From a bacterium (GTDB lineage: Bacteria; Bacillota_I; Bacilli_A; RFN20; CAG-288), in the NCBI GenBank assembly GCA_963643715.1, contig CAVILQ010000004.1:10955-74954 (forward strand): DNA of 64,000 nucleotides. The letters run 5' to 3'. The number at the start of each line of letters is the position of its first letter. Position 1 is the first letter of the stretch. Shown piece by piece: positions 9,283 through 17,295 of this stretch. The notes beneath the pieces were generated by a model that was given only the letters and a program-made list of their open reading frames with translations, made no database searches and was not told the DNA's origin. The translations under genes were made by a program, and so were the position numbers.

Positions 9283-10275
9283 TTAGAAGAGATCGTTCCA
9301 AACTGTCTTCTCACCGGTATAGACAGCTTTCAGTGTATCAGCAGTTGTCTTTTCAAGTGGGTTGGCACTGTTGACAACAGCGACAATGGCATCCGTGCAG
9401 ATTTTGCCGGCAGTTCCTTCTGCAGCGTTTTCACTATCTTCGAGTTCACGTGAGAGATAACCAATATCCAATCCGTTAGCGTCATCTTTTGCACTTCCCT
9501 GGGTATGCTTGAAGGCGTCACCAGAACCGGTATGGTTATGGCTTGCAATAAAGTTTCCACATAATGGAGAGAATGCAGATGTGAGAGCTTTTGCAATCTT
9601 TTCACAGGAAGTAGACCCACCGATTCGAATTGTGAGTTTAGAATTGTCTTCAGTGGTGACAGGGTAATTCGCCTTGATATCTTTCCAAGATGTATCCGTG
9701 TTGCTGATAGAGATGATGCCATCATTCTGTTTGATGATGCTCTTTCCTTCAATGGTTGTGGAATAGGCGATAAAGGCTTCCACAATCTGCTTGACCTTGC
9801 TATCGCTAGCATAATCATTGCGGTAGATATAATTGAAGTTTCTTGTCAGTTCATATGTTCCATTTAAGACGTTTGCTTCGCTAGGAACGACATTGTTGTA
9901 GGTGAGGCCTTTGACTCCAGAGCCTTCTAAGGATGCAAGTGAGATGTATCCTAAAGAGAAAGCGTCGTTCTTGATAGATTGAATCATGTTTCCGTTGGAT
10001 GTAGTCTCAACAATGCTAGAAACTAATCCATCATTGCTTGCTTTGTTTTTAGAAAGTCCAATCTTCGTGAAGAATCCGTCTCTTGTTCCAGAAGTAGTAT
10101 CTCTGGTGTAGCAGGTAATTTTCTTTGTCTTGTCAAAATCAGACTTAGTCGTCTCGGAAGTGTTTCCTGTGCTTTCATTAGGGTTAGACGGCACTTCACT
10201 CGTTTTTCCACAGCCTGTCATGGCTAGGGAGAAAATGACACTCATCAGCATTTTCTTACAGGTTTTGTTTTTCAT
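9283..10275 (-). CDS. pstS: Phosphate-binding lipoprotein PstS
   Basis: Signal peptide with lipobox LAMTGC. PBP-like motifs TSGTRDGF and GSGDAFK. First gene of the pst operon. Confidence 0.85.
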   Translation of the reverse strand: MKNKTCKKMLMSVIFSLAMTGCGKTSEVPSNPNESTGNTSETTKSDFDKTKKITCYTRDTTSGTRDGFFTKIGLSKNKASNDGLVSSIVETTSNGNMIQSIKNDAFSLGYISLASLEGSGVKGLTYNNVVPSEANVLNGTYELTRNFNYIYRNDYASDSKVKQIVEAFIAYSTTIEGKSIIKQNDGIISISNTDTSWKDIKANYPVTTEDNSKLTIRIGGSTSCEKIAKALTSAFSPLCGNFIASHNHTGSGDAFKHTQGSAKDDANGLDIGYLSRELEDSENAAEGTAGKICTDAIVAVVNSANPLEKTTADTLKAVYTGEKTVWNDLF

Positions 10276-10342
10276 TTTTGACCTCTTTCTTTGTTTACGC
10301 TAAAATTATAGAAGTCTGATTTTTACACTACTACCTTGGGAA

Positions 10343-10369
10343 AGTAAAACATTGTAAACGTATTGTAAA
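10343..10369 (-). promoter_or_regulatory. Pho-box-like array: three direct TTTAC(A/T) hexamers at 11- and 10-nt phasing upstream of pstS
   Basis: The minus strand reads CTTTACAatacgTTTACAatgtTTTACT (hexamers at 10369..10364, 10358..10353 and 10348..10343). A TATAAT lies on the same strand at 10310..10305, and the pstS ATG is at 10275. This matches the Bacillus-type PhoP box TT(A/T/C)ACA with ~11-bp periodicity. Confidence 0.5.
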
Positions 10370-10400
10370 GGATTCTTTACCCTATATAAGGAGACCGAAC

Positions 10401-11039
10401 ATGAGTGATGAAAGAAGAAAAGAACTGGAACTAATGCTCAAAGAGATGAAAGAGTCGAATAAGAGCGATGAAGAGATTATGAAAGAATATGAGACGTTTT
10501 TCCAAAGGAACAATTGGTTAACTTCTTCTCAGGCAAAGGTTCCTGTCGTTGAGAAATACTCTTATTCGTCTTTATCAGATGAGAAAAATCCTCTTGTGCT
10601 GCTTGCGGAGGAGAATGGTGCTTTTCGCGCATTGATGAAAACAATCCGAATCGATCTTTCACATGATGATGCTGTCTCTCTTTCTATGTTGAAGGATAGC
10701 TTAGAACGAATTCAGATTCTCTCTCTTCACTATGACAAGATGCAAAAACTGATTTTCCCTTTGTTAGATAAATATGATGTTGAGAATCTATCTTTCTATA
10801 TAGATAAAGAAGAAGATGTTTTGATGTCCTTACGAAAGATTAAAGTGAAAAATGATGGTGGAATTTCTCCTTTCGAATATGAAGAGGAAATCAAGGAGAC
10901 ATTAGATAAGATTGAAACGAACATCACATATGAAAACCGATTCTTCTTCCCTGTTTTGGAAGAGAATATGGATGAAATATCATTATATGAATTGTATTTA
11001 GAAGAAAGGCAGATGGGATTTGCTCTCATCCGGGTGTAA
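10401..11039 (+). CDS. Hypothetical cytoplasmic protein, weak DUF438/hemerythrin-like pattern
   Basis: 212 aa with AAGGAG upstream. SLHYDKMQKLIFPLLDKY resembles the HYxKEExxLFPxLEK helix of hemerythrin-like/DUF438 proteins, but most metal-ligand His/Glu positions are not evident. Confidence 0.45.
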   Translation: MSDERRKELELMLKEMKESNKSDEEIMKEYETFFQRNNWLTSSQAKVPVVEKYSYSSLSDEKNPLVLLAEENGAFRALMKTIRIDLSHDDAVSLSMLKDSLERIQILSLHYDKMQKLIFPLLDKYDVENLSFYIDKEEDVLMSLRKIKVKNDGGISPFEYEEEIKETLDKIETNITYENRFFFPVLEENMDEISLYELYLEERQMGFALIRV

Positions 11040-11041
11040 TT

Positions 11042-11827
11042 ATGAACTCATATCAAAGCATTGTTGAAGAAGTAAGAAAGATAGGAAAGGAACACCTTTC
11101 ATATAAGATGATTAAGGAAAAAGGAAGTGTAGAAGAGGCTGTTACAGATAGTGATGTCAGTATACAAAGAGAACTGATGTCACGCCTTTCTGAGATTGTA
11201 CCTGGTTCCCAGTTCTATTGCGAAGAGGAAGGATTCAACAGCAGTAAGAAAGCTGAGTATCTTTTCATCATCGACCCTATCGATGGAACGATGAATTACA
11301 CAAGAGGGATTTCTGAATGCGCGATTTCTCTTGCTCTCCTTCATAACAATGAACCCGTATTTTCCTGTGTGTATAATCTTTTCCGCGACGAGATGTTTTA
11401 CGCTATCAAAGGAAAAGGCGCCTATTATCAAGGAAGGAAAATCCATGTATCGGATCGAGACTTTAAACATAGTATTTTCTTTACTGGCTTTTCCTTGTAT
11501 GAAAAGAAGTATGCAAAAGAATGCATAGAACTGACAGAAGATGTCTATATGAACACCAATGATGTCAGACGCTTTGGCAGCGCCGCTCTTGAACTTTGCT
11601 ACATCGCTTTAGGAAGAGGAGAATTGTATTTTGCCTATCGTTTACAGCCTTACGATTTTTCAGGTGGTGAATTGGTTTTGAAAGAAGCGGGTGGCGTAAT
11701 ATCATCACTTCATGGCAAGAAGGTGACACATGATAAGCCACAGCTTATCATTGCGGCAAACAATTTAGAAAACCTAACTAAATTATCCGAGATTGTTTCA
11801 AAGCATATTCCTTACGTGAAATATTAG
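11042..11827 (+). CDS. suhB: Inositol monophosphatase (SuhB/IMPase) family phosphatase
   Basis: Motifs FCEEEG, IIDPIDGTMNY and RRFGSAALELCYIALG. 261 aa. Confidence 0.85.
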   Translation: MNSYQSIVEEVRKIGKEHLSYKMIKEKGSVEEAVTDSDVSIQRELMSRLSEIVPGSQFYCEEEGFNSSKKAEYLFIIDPIDGTMNYTRGISECAISLALLHNNEPVFSCVYNLFRDEMFYAIKGKGAYYQGRKIHVSDRDFKHSIFFTGFSLYEKKYAKECIELTEDVYMNTNDVRRFGSAALELCYIALGRGELYFAYRLQPYDFSGGELVLKEAGGVISSLHGKKVTHDKPQLIIAANNLENLTKLSEIVSKHIPYVKY

Positions 11828-11960
11828 AAGCAATATCTGCTTTCAAATACGGTTTTGAGTATGTTGATGTTTGAGTGTGCTTGATCATTGGTCAATTTGA
11901 TGACTGTTGATTGCTCAATCTTGATTGTTATTGTTGAGAAAATGTGTATTTTGACATGCT

Positions 11961-12014
11961 AAAAAGTTGGGAAAAAGCGTGATTTTTTACCTGTGAAATA
12001 GTTGGAAAAGCGGA
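11961..12014 (+). repeat. Two copies of a short dispersed motif (AAAAAGTTGGGAAAAAGCG and GTTGGAAAAGCGGA)
   Basis: GTTGGAAAAGCGGA at 12001..12014 recurs as a reverse complement at 23010..23023 and 23075..23088. CATGCTAAAAAGTTGGGAAAAAGCG resembles the reverse complement of 23045..23067. Confidence 0.6.
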
Positions 12015-12143
12015 GTTTGATATAGATTTAAGAGAAATCGAAATCTTTAGAATTTAATATTGTCCTTGATAAAGAAAATCAAAAACTCTTTGCCAATGTC
12101 TGAACGAGTGAATGGTTATTAAGCGAAAAAAATAAAGCGAATA

Positions 12144-12208
12144 AAAACAGTCCTGTTGTGAACGTAAGTAAGAAATCTCACTTAACTATTCACGATAGGA
12201 CTGTTTTG
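12144..12208. terminator. Bidirectional intrinsic terminator downstream of ruvX
   Basis: ~19-bp stem AAAACAGTCCTGTTGTGAA / TTCACGATAGGACTGTTTT with two G-U pairs and a 26-nt loop. It is flanked by an A-run (5') and a T-run (3'), so it reads as a U-tailed hairpin on either strand. Confidence 0.6.
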
Positions 12209-12240
12209 GATTTTATTACGTCTTAATTAGTCTACTAGAA

Positions 12241-12687
12241 TCAGAATGGTGCGATGTCATCCATCTGATGTATAGACTTCAGATAACGTTCTAGGATGAC
12301 ACAGCTCGCAGCGGCATCGATGCCTTTATGCTGTTTTTTGCTGTTCTGTCCCTGTTTATGAAGGACAGAGGAAGCTTCGACTGTCGAATAACGTTCATCC
12401 TGGAAGACGATTTCGATTTCAGGAAATTCTTTTTTCAGCATCTCTGCAAATTGTCTGACAATCAACGTCATCTCGCAGTCATCACCGCTAGGGAATAAGG
12501 GAAGTCCTAATACAAAGGTTTCGACTTTTTCCGTAACAAGCAGTTCTTTCAGGTAATCGATTGGTTCCTGAAACTGCATGGCATGGAAACGGAGATTGGT
12601 GATAGGAGTGATGAACATGCCACTTCTAGAAATGGCGACGCCCATGCTTCCTTTTCCTAAATCGATGGCAAGGAGGTTCTTTTTCAC
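12241..12687 (-). CDS. ruvX: Holliday-junction resolvase-like nuclease RuvX/YqgF
   Basis: LLAIDLGKGSMGVAIS, FVLGLPL and DERYSTVEA motifs. The GTG start overlaps the alaS TGA (GTGA). Confidence 0.85.
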   Translation of the reverse strand: MKKNLLAIDLGKGSMGVAISRSGMFITPITNLRFHAMQFQEPIDYLKELLVTEKVETFVLGLPLFPSGDDCEMTLIVRQFAEMLKKEFPEIEIVFQDERYSTVEASSVLHKQGQNSKKQHKGIDAAASCVILERYLKSIHQMDDIAPF

Positions 12688-15293
12688 TTGAGAATTCCTA
12701 AGAGATGGTCTTTGACCTTGTTGAGGTTGGTGATGTCATCAGCGGCACCGAAAGCGACATCCGGTCTTCCACCGCCTCTTCCAGAAAGGAGAGCAGAGCA
12801 TTCCTTCATGACATTGCCGGCTTTGATACTGGCTAAGTCTTTTCCTCTAGCAGCAACGATGTCTTTCTTTCCGCCGTTATCGATGGCTAAGAAGAGGAGC
12901 AAGGAAGGATGCTTGTCAACTAAGTTATGAGCCAATGTGTCTTCTTGTTCATGGGTGAGATTCTTCAAGGTGGTGACGAGAAGTTCTTTTCCGTCGACTT
13001 TTTCAATCTTGTTTTCTAATTCACCAATCAGATTGTTGGCATTCTCTTCTCTTAAGACTTTGATAGTATTGTTTAAGGAAGAGATGAGCTCATTGTTTGA
13101 CAAAATCTTGCTTCTGACACCTTTGTCGGAATTGATCTTAAGAAGTGTAGCAGCTTCATTGATCAAACTCTGTTTTTCCTTAAGATATTCGTATGCTTTT
13201 ACACCGGTATAGCAAGTGAGTCTTCTGATGCCGGCAGCGACACTTTCTTCGCTGACAATGACGAAGAGACCGATTTCAGAAGTGTTGTCGACATGAGTTC
13301 CACCGCAGAATTCGACAGAATAGTCACCCATGGAAACGACTCTGACCTTATCTCCATATTTTTCAGAGAAGAGGTGCATGGCATTCTTCTTTAAGGCTTC
13401 TTCCTTTGTAAGGATTTCAGTCTTGACAGGAAGAGCAGCAAAAATCTTTTCGTTTACTCTTCTTTCAACATTGTTCAAATCTTCTTCAGAAATCTTGCTA
13501 TCGAAGTTGATGTCAAAACGGAGAAGTTCATCATCGTAGTAGGCACCTTCCTGATGAATCTCAGATGACAGTTTCTCCTGTAAGGCTTTCTGCAATAAGT
13601 GGGTGGCAGAGTGGTTCTTTCTGATCTTATTTCTTCTTTCCCAGTCGACTTTCTCTTCAAATTCATCGCCTAGTTTGATTTCACCATATAAGACCTTCAC
13701 ATGGAGCAGATGCTGTCCATGGTTGGAGGCTTTGACATCGGTAACTTCGGCCTCACAGTTTTCATTGTGAATGAAGCCTTTATCGGAAACCTGACCGCCA
13801 GAGAGAGCATAGAAATCTGTCTTTTCAAAGCAGACATCTCCTTCATCCTGAATGGAATCGACTTTTACGCCATCAACAAATAACCCGTTGACCTTCGAGA
13901 CAAAATCTTTTCCTTCATCATAGGTGAATTCGCTGTTTTCCGTGAAGGCGATGAGGTCTTTTGACTGTAATCCGAAAGACTGTTTGTCGCCACGGCTCTT
14001 TCTTGCGAGTTCCTTGCTGGCCTCGAGAAGTTTCTCATAGCCTTCGACATCGACTTTCTTTCCACTGTCCTCAGCGATTTCCTTGGTCAGTTCAAATGGG
14101 AAACCATAGGTGTCAGCAAGACGGAAGGCATCTTCAGCAGAAAGGGTATCTCCATCCTTCTTCAAATACTGAGAAAGAAGTCTTTCACCCGTCTTCAAGG
14201 TGTTGGCAAACTTGTTCTCTTCGCTGGAAATCATCTTCATTGTTCTATCCTGATGATCCTTGAGGTAAGGATAGAAGTGAGACATGTTCTCCGTGACAAG
14301 TGGAACAAGGGATGCAAGTGTTCCGGCAGGAAGTCCAATTGTCTGAGCATAGCGGGATGCGCGTCTTAAAAGTCTCTTTAAGACATAGCCGCGTCCATCG
14401 TTTGAGAAGACAGCGCCATCGGCAAGAGCGAAGGTGATGGAACGGATATGGTCAGCGATGACACGATATGCAAGCTTGTATTTTCCTTCGTATGGATAAG
14501 CGGCTTTGGCTTCCAAAGCGCGGATATAAGGCATGAAAAGATCCGTTTCAAAATTGGTTTCAGCATCTTGCATGATGCAGGCAAGTCTCTCTAAGCCAGC
14601 ACCGGTATCAATGTTCTTCTGAGGAAGAGGCTTGTAGTCTTTTCTTGCAACGCCAGGCATAGAATTGAACTGAGAAAAGACGATGTTCCAAAGTTCAATG
14701 TAACGATCGTTATCAAGGTCATCCTGTAAAAGCTTAAGACCTAAATGCTCCGGATCCCATTTTTCACCGCGGTCATAGTTGATTTCCGTATCTGGACCAC
14801 AGGGGCCTTCACCGATTTCCCAGAAGTTGCTTGTAGAAGGGACCATGTTCTCTTCCGGAATGCCGCATTTGACCCAAAGGTCATGGGTTTCCTTATCATC
14901 GGGATAGTAAGTCACATAAAGCTTATGCGGATCAAGTCCGTAATATTTATCGGAGGTAAGTAGTTCATAAGCCCACGGAATGACTTCATTTCTGAAGTAA
15001 TCGCCGATGGAGAAGTTACCCATCATTTCAAAGAAGGTATGATGTCTAGCGGTATGGCCGACATTATCGATATCGTTGGTACGGATGCACTTCTGAGCAT
15101 TAGTGATTCTTCTGTGCTTCGGGGTGAGTGTGCCATCAAAATACTTCTTTAAGGCTGCAACACCGGCGTTGATCCAAAGCAAAGTAGGATCGTTGTTTGG
15201 AACCAAAGAAGCAGAAGGCTCGATGTAATGTCCATGGTCGTGGAAGAAGTTCAGCCATGTATCACGGATTTCATCACTTGTCATTTTTCTCAT
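12684..15293 (-). CDS. alaS: Alanine--tRNA ligase
   Basis: 869 aa. Class II core (RTNDIDNVGHTARHHTFFEMMGNFSIGDYF), editing-domain HxxxH/CGGTH motifs (HSATHLL, FCGGTHV) and a DHHA1 C-terminus (GGGRPD). Confidence 0.97.
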   Translation of the reverse strand: MRKMTSDEIRDTWLNFFHDHGHYIEPSASLVPNNDPTLLWINAGVAALKKYFDGTLTPKHRRITNAQKCIRTNDIDNVGHTARHHTFFEMMGNFSIGDYFRNEVIPWAYELLTSDKYYGLDPHKLYVTYYPDDKETHDLWVKCGIPEENMVPSTSNFWEIGEGPCGPDTEINYDRGEKWDPEHLGLKLLQDDLDNDRYIELWNIVFSQFNSMPGVARKDYKPLPQKNIDTGAGLERLACIMQDAETNFETDLFMPYIRALEAKAAYPYEGKYKLAYRVIADHIRSITFALADGAVFSNDGRGYVLKRLLRRASRYAQTIGLPAGTLASLVPLVTENMSHFYPYLKDHQDRTMKMISSEENKFANTLKTGERLLSQYLKKDGDTLSAEDAFRLADTYGFPFELTKEIAEDSGKKVDVEGYEKLLEASKELARKSRGDKQSFGLQSKDLIAFTENSEFTYDEGKDFVSKVNGLFVDGVKVDSIQDEGDVCFEKTDFYALSGGQVSDKGFIHNENCEAEVTDVKASNHGQHLLHVKVLYGEIKLGDEFEEKVDWERRNKIRKNHSATHLLQKALQEKLSSEIHQEGAYYDDELLRFDINFDSKISEEDLNNVERRVNEKIFAALPVKTEILTKEEALKKNAMHLFSEKYGDKVRVVSMGDYSVEFCGGTHVDNTSEIGLFVIVSEESVAAGIRRLTCYTGVKAYEYLKEKQSLINEAATLLKINSDKGVRSKILSNNELISSLNNTIKVLREENANNLIGELENKIEKVDGKELLVTTLKNLTHEQEDTLAHNLVDKHPSLLLFLAIDNGGKKDIVAARGKDLASIKAGNVMKECSALLSGRGGGRPDVAFGAADDITNLNKVKDHLLGILK

Positions 15294-15460
15294 AAGTAGG
15301 ATTCTCCATTCTAATATTTATTTAAATATTAATAAAACCAATACATTATAGTACTTTATTGAAAATGAAACAAAAATTGTTTTGATACTTTTAGAAAATT
15401 TTCAAAAAAATTTCGTTTTCTTGATTTCCGCACATATATAAAAGTGAAAGGGGCAGAATT

Positions 15461-16006
15461 ATGAGTGGAATCAATCGAAAGGAAGTTGAAAGTCTAGGAA
15501 GGATTCGGGAAGGAAAGAACGACAAAGGATTAGACAATTCGAAACTAAATGACTATTTCCAGAAATCCTTGGAAGAACTGAAAATATATTACGAGAATGC
15601 GACAAGCTATGAACTTTCGCAGATGATAAATCATATTGATCACTGGGTGAAAGACGATAGAGAGAATCCCTATTACGAAAACTATGATGTTGGTAGCATC
15701 CTCTATGTTGACTTTGGTGCGATGAACTTTGGATTTGAATTGTCATTTCCCCATCCATGTGTCGTTTTAGCGCAAAGGAAAGCATTTATGCTTGTGGCAC
15801 CATGTTCGACGAAAAAATATGGGCACAACTATGATGATATCCTGGATGGAACATTAGAGGATGGCTTTGAATACAACACCGGAATCATTGTCGATAATGT
15901 CAGATGGATTTCAAAAGGAAGGGTGATAGCTAGAATGGGAAAGGTAAATGATGTCTTTCTGAAAAGACTGGTTCGAGCGACCGTATCCTTCCTCCCAACT
16001 CTTTAA
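15461..16006 (+). CDS. MazF/PemK-fold protein with a ~75-aa N-terminal extension and no adjacent antitoxin ORF
   Basis: C-terminal ~105 aa: GSILYVDFGAMNFGFELSFPHPCVVLAQRKAFMLVAPCSTK ... IIVDNVRWISKGRVIARMGKVNDVFLKRL. This follows the MazF pattern (GDIxxVDF..G.E....RP.VV ... P.T ... V..dQiRtidk.Rl....G.l). AAAGGGG lies upstream of the ATG. Confidence 0.6.
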   Translation: MSGINRKEVESLGRIREGKNDKGLDNSKLNDYFQKSLEELKIYYENATSYELSQMINHIDHWVKDDRENPYYENYDVGSILYVDFGAMNFGFELSFPHPCVVLAQRKAFMLVAPCSTKKYGHNYDDILDGTLEDGFEYNTGIIVDNVRWISKGRVIARMGKVNDVFLKRLVRATVSFLPTL

Positions 16007-16093
16007 TATTCGACATAATTACACAATCTGTATTGTTTTTTTGCCCAAGTATTCGCAATTATGATAAACTCTTAGTTGTTCGAGGACACAACT

Positions 16094-17224
16094 ATGATAA
16101 CTGTCGTAACTGCAAAGACAAGAAAACAAAAGAAGGACTTCGTCGAATTCCCGCTGAAGCTATACAAAGGAAACAAGTATTTTGTTCCTTGCTTCTATGG
16201 GGAAGAGATGAACGTTCTGAATCATAAATCACCATATGAATCCGTCACGGAAAGCGAAGCCTTTTTAGCGTATGACGGAAAGAAAGTGGTAGGTAGGATT
16301 CAGGCTATCATTCAGAAACAGTATAACGAAAAGTGGAATGAGAAGAGAGTCCGCTTCACTCGTTTTGATGCGATTGATGATTTAGAAGTATCACGTGCGC
16401 TTTTCAAAGCGGTTGAGGATTGGGCTAAGGGAAAAGGAATGGACACTGTCTGTGGACCATTGGGTTTTTCCGATCTGGAAAGAGAAGGACTTCTGATTGA
16501 AGGCTTTGATGAAGTTCAGACTTTTGAAGAACAGTATAACTACGCCTACTATCAGAAACTGATTGAGGATTCCGGATATCAGAAAGAAGTGGATTGGGTG
16601 GAAAGTGCCATCAAACTTCCTAAGGAAGTCGATCCTAGAATCGAACATATCGCAAAACATATTCTAGAGAAGAACAAACTCACTGTCGTCGATACTTCCA
16701 AGTATTCCAAAAAGAAATTCCTAGATAAGTATGGTGATGGTTTCTTCAACTGTATCACAGAAGCATATGGCGATTTATATGGGTATGTTCCCTTCACGGA
16801 AGAAACACGAAAACTTATCATGAAGAGTTTTTCTCCTATCATCGACTTGAAAGAGGCATTCTTCATCGTTGACGAAAATGACAAGGTCGTCGCTCTTTCT
16901 CTCACCTTCCCAGGAGTTGGAAAAGCAGTAAGCAAGAGCAAAGGACATCTATACCCTCTATCTCTTCTTCGTATTCTTCACGTCTTCAAAGATCCGGAGA
17001 CCATCGATATGGCCCTTATCGCTGTATCGAAAGAGTACAAGAACAGCGGAATCACTGCTGTCTTTGTCTCGGAAGTCGTCAAAGGCTGTATGAAGTACAA
17101 GCACCTTGATCACTTAGAGACCAATCTCAATCTCGAGGACAATACTGCAATTAGAAATATGTGGAACCGATTTGAAAACAGAGAACACAAAAGAAGAAGA
17201 TCATTCGTTAAGAAATTATCGTAA
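16094..17224 (+). CDS. Large GNAT-like N-acetyltransferase family protein
   Basis: 377 aa counted from the ATG at 16094 (GAGGA 7 nt upstream); the ORF-track start at 16076 is a TTG. The N-terminus KKDFVEFPLKLYKGNKYFVPCF is typical of a ~380-aa acetyltransferase-like family, and the C-terminal LIAVSKEYKNSGITAVF is acetyl-CoA-loop-like. Confidence 0.6.
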   Translation: MITVVTAKTRKQKKDFVEFPLKLYKGNKYFVPCFYGEEMNVLNHKSPYESVTESEAFLAYDGKKVVGRIQAIIQKQYNEKWNEKRVRFTRFDAIDDLEVSRALFKAVEDWAKGKGMDTVCGPLGFSDLEREGLLIEGFDEVQTFEEQYNYAYYQKLIEDSGYQKEVDWVESAIKLPKEVDPRIEHIAKHILEKNKLTVVDTSKYSKKKFLDKYGDGFFNCITEAYGDLYGYVPFTEETRKLIMKSFSPIIDLKEAFFIVDENDKVVALSLTFPGVGKAVSKSKGHLYPLSLLRILHVFKDPETIDMALIAVSKEYKNSGITAVFVSEVVKGCMKYKHLDHLETNLNLEDNTAIRNMWNRFENREHKRRRSFVKKLS

Positions 17225-17226
17225 TG

Positions 17227-17257
17227 AAATAGCCGTGGCTTATAACCACGGCTATTT
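17227..17257. terminator. Bidirectional terminator between convergent GNAT and aminotransferase genes
   Basis: AAATAGCCGTGG-cttataa-CCACGGCTATTT. An 8-bp GC-rich core is extended by A/T pairs, giving a U-tail on both strands. Confidence 0.8.
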
Positions 17258-17295
17258 ATATAGATAACAATTTTTGAAATAGTATAAATGTTTTC

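Noticed and set aside
9330-9818. 162-aa ORF in an alternative frame inside pstS, and similar 60-130-aa ORFs nested in pstB, pstA, alaS and the ABC genes.
   Set aside because: They are fully embedded in genes with clear family signatures and have no independent start signals. They are typical out-of-frame noise in the six-frame track.
15294-15460. Possible T-box leader upstream of alaS. A T-box or SAM-I riboswitch was also considered for the 21832..22216 leader.
   Set aside because: The alaS upstream region is only ~167 nt of A/T-rich sequence shared with a divergent gene, and it has no GGUGGNACCGCG-type T-box sequence or Stem I features. The 21.8-22.1 kb leader likewise lacks the T-box sequence and the SAM-I strings (GGCCC, GCAACC, AGAGAUAA-type P1). 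L-box-like elements fit it better.
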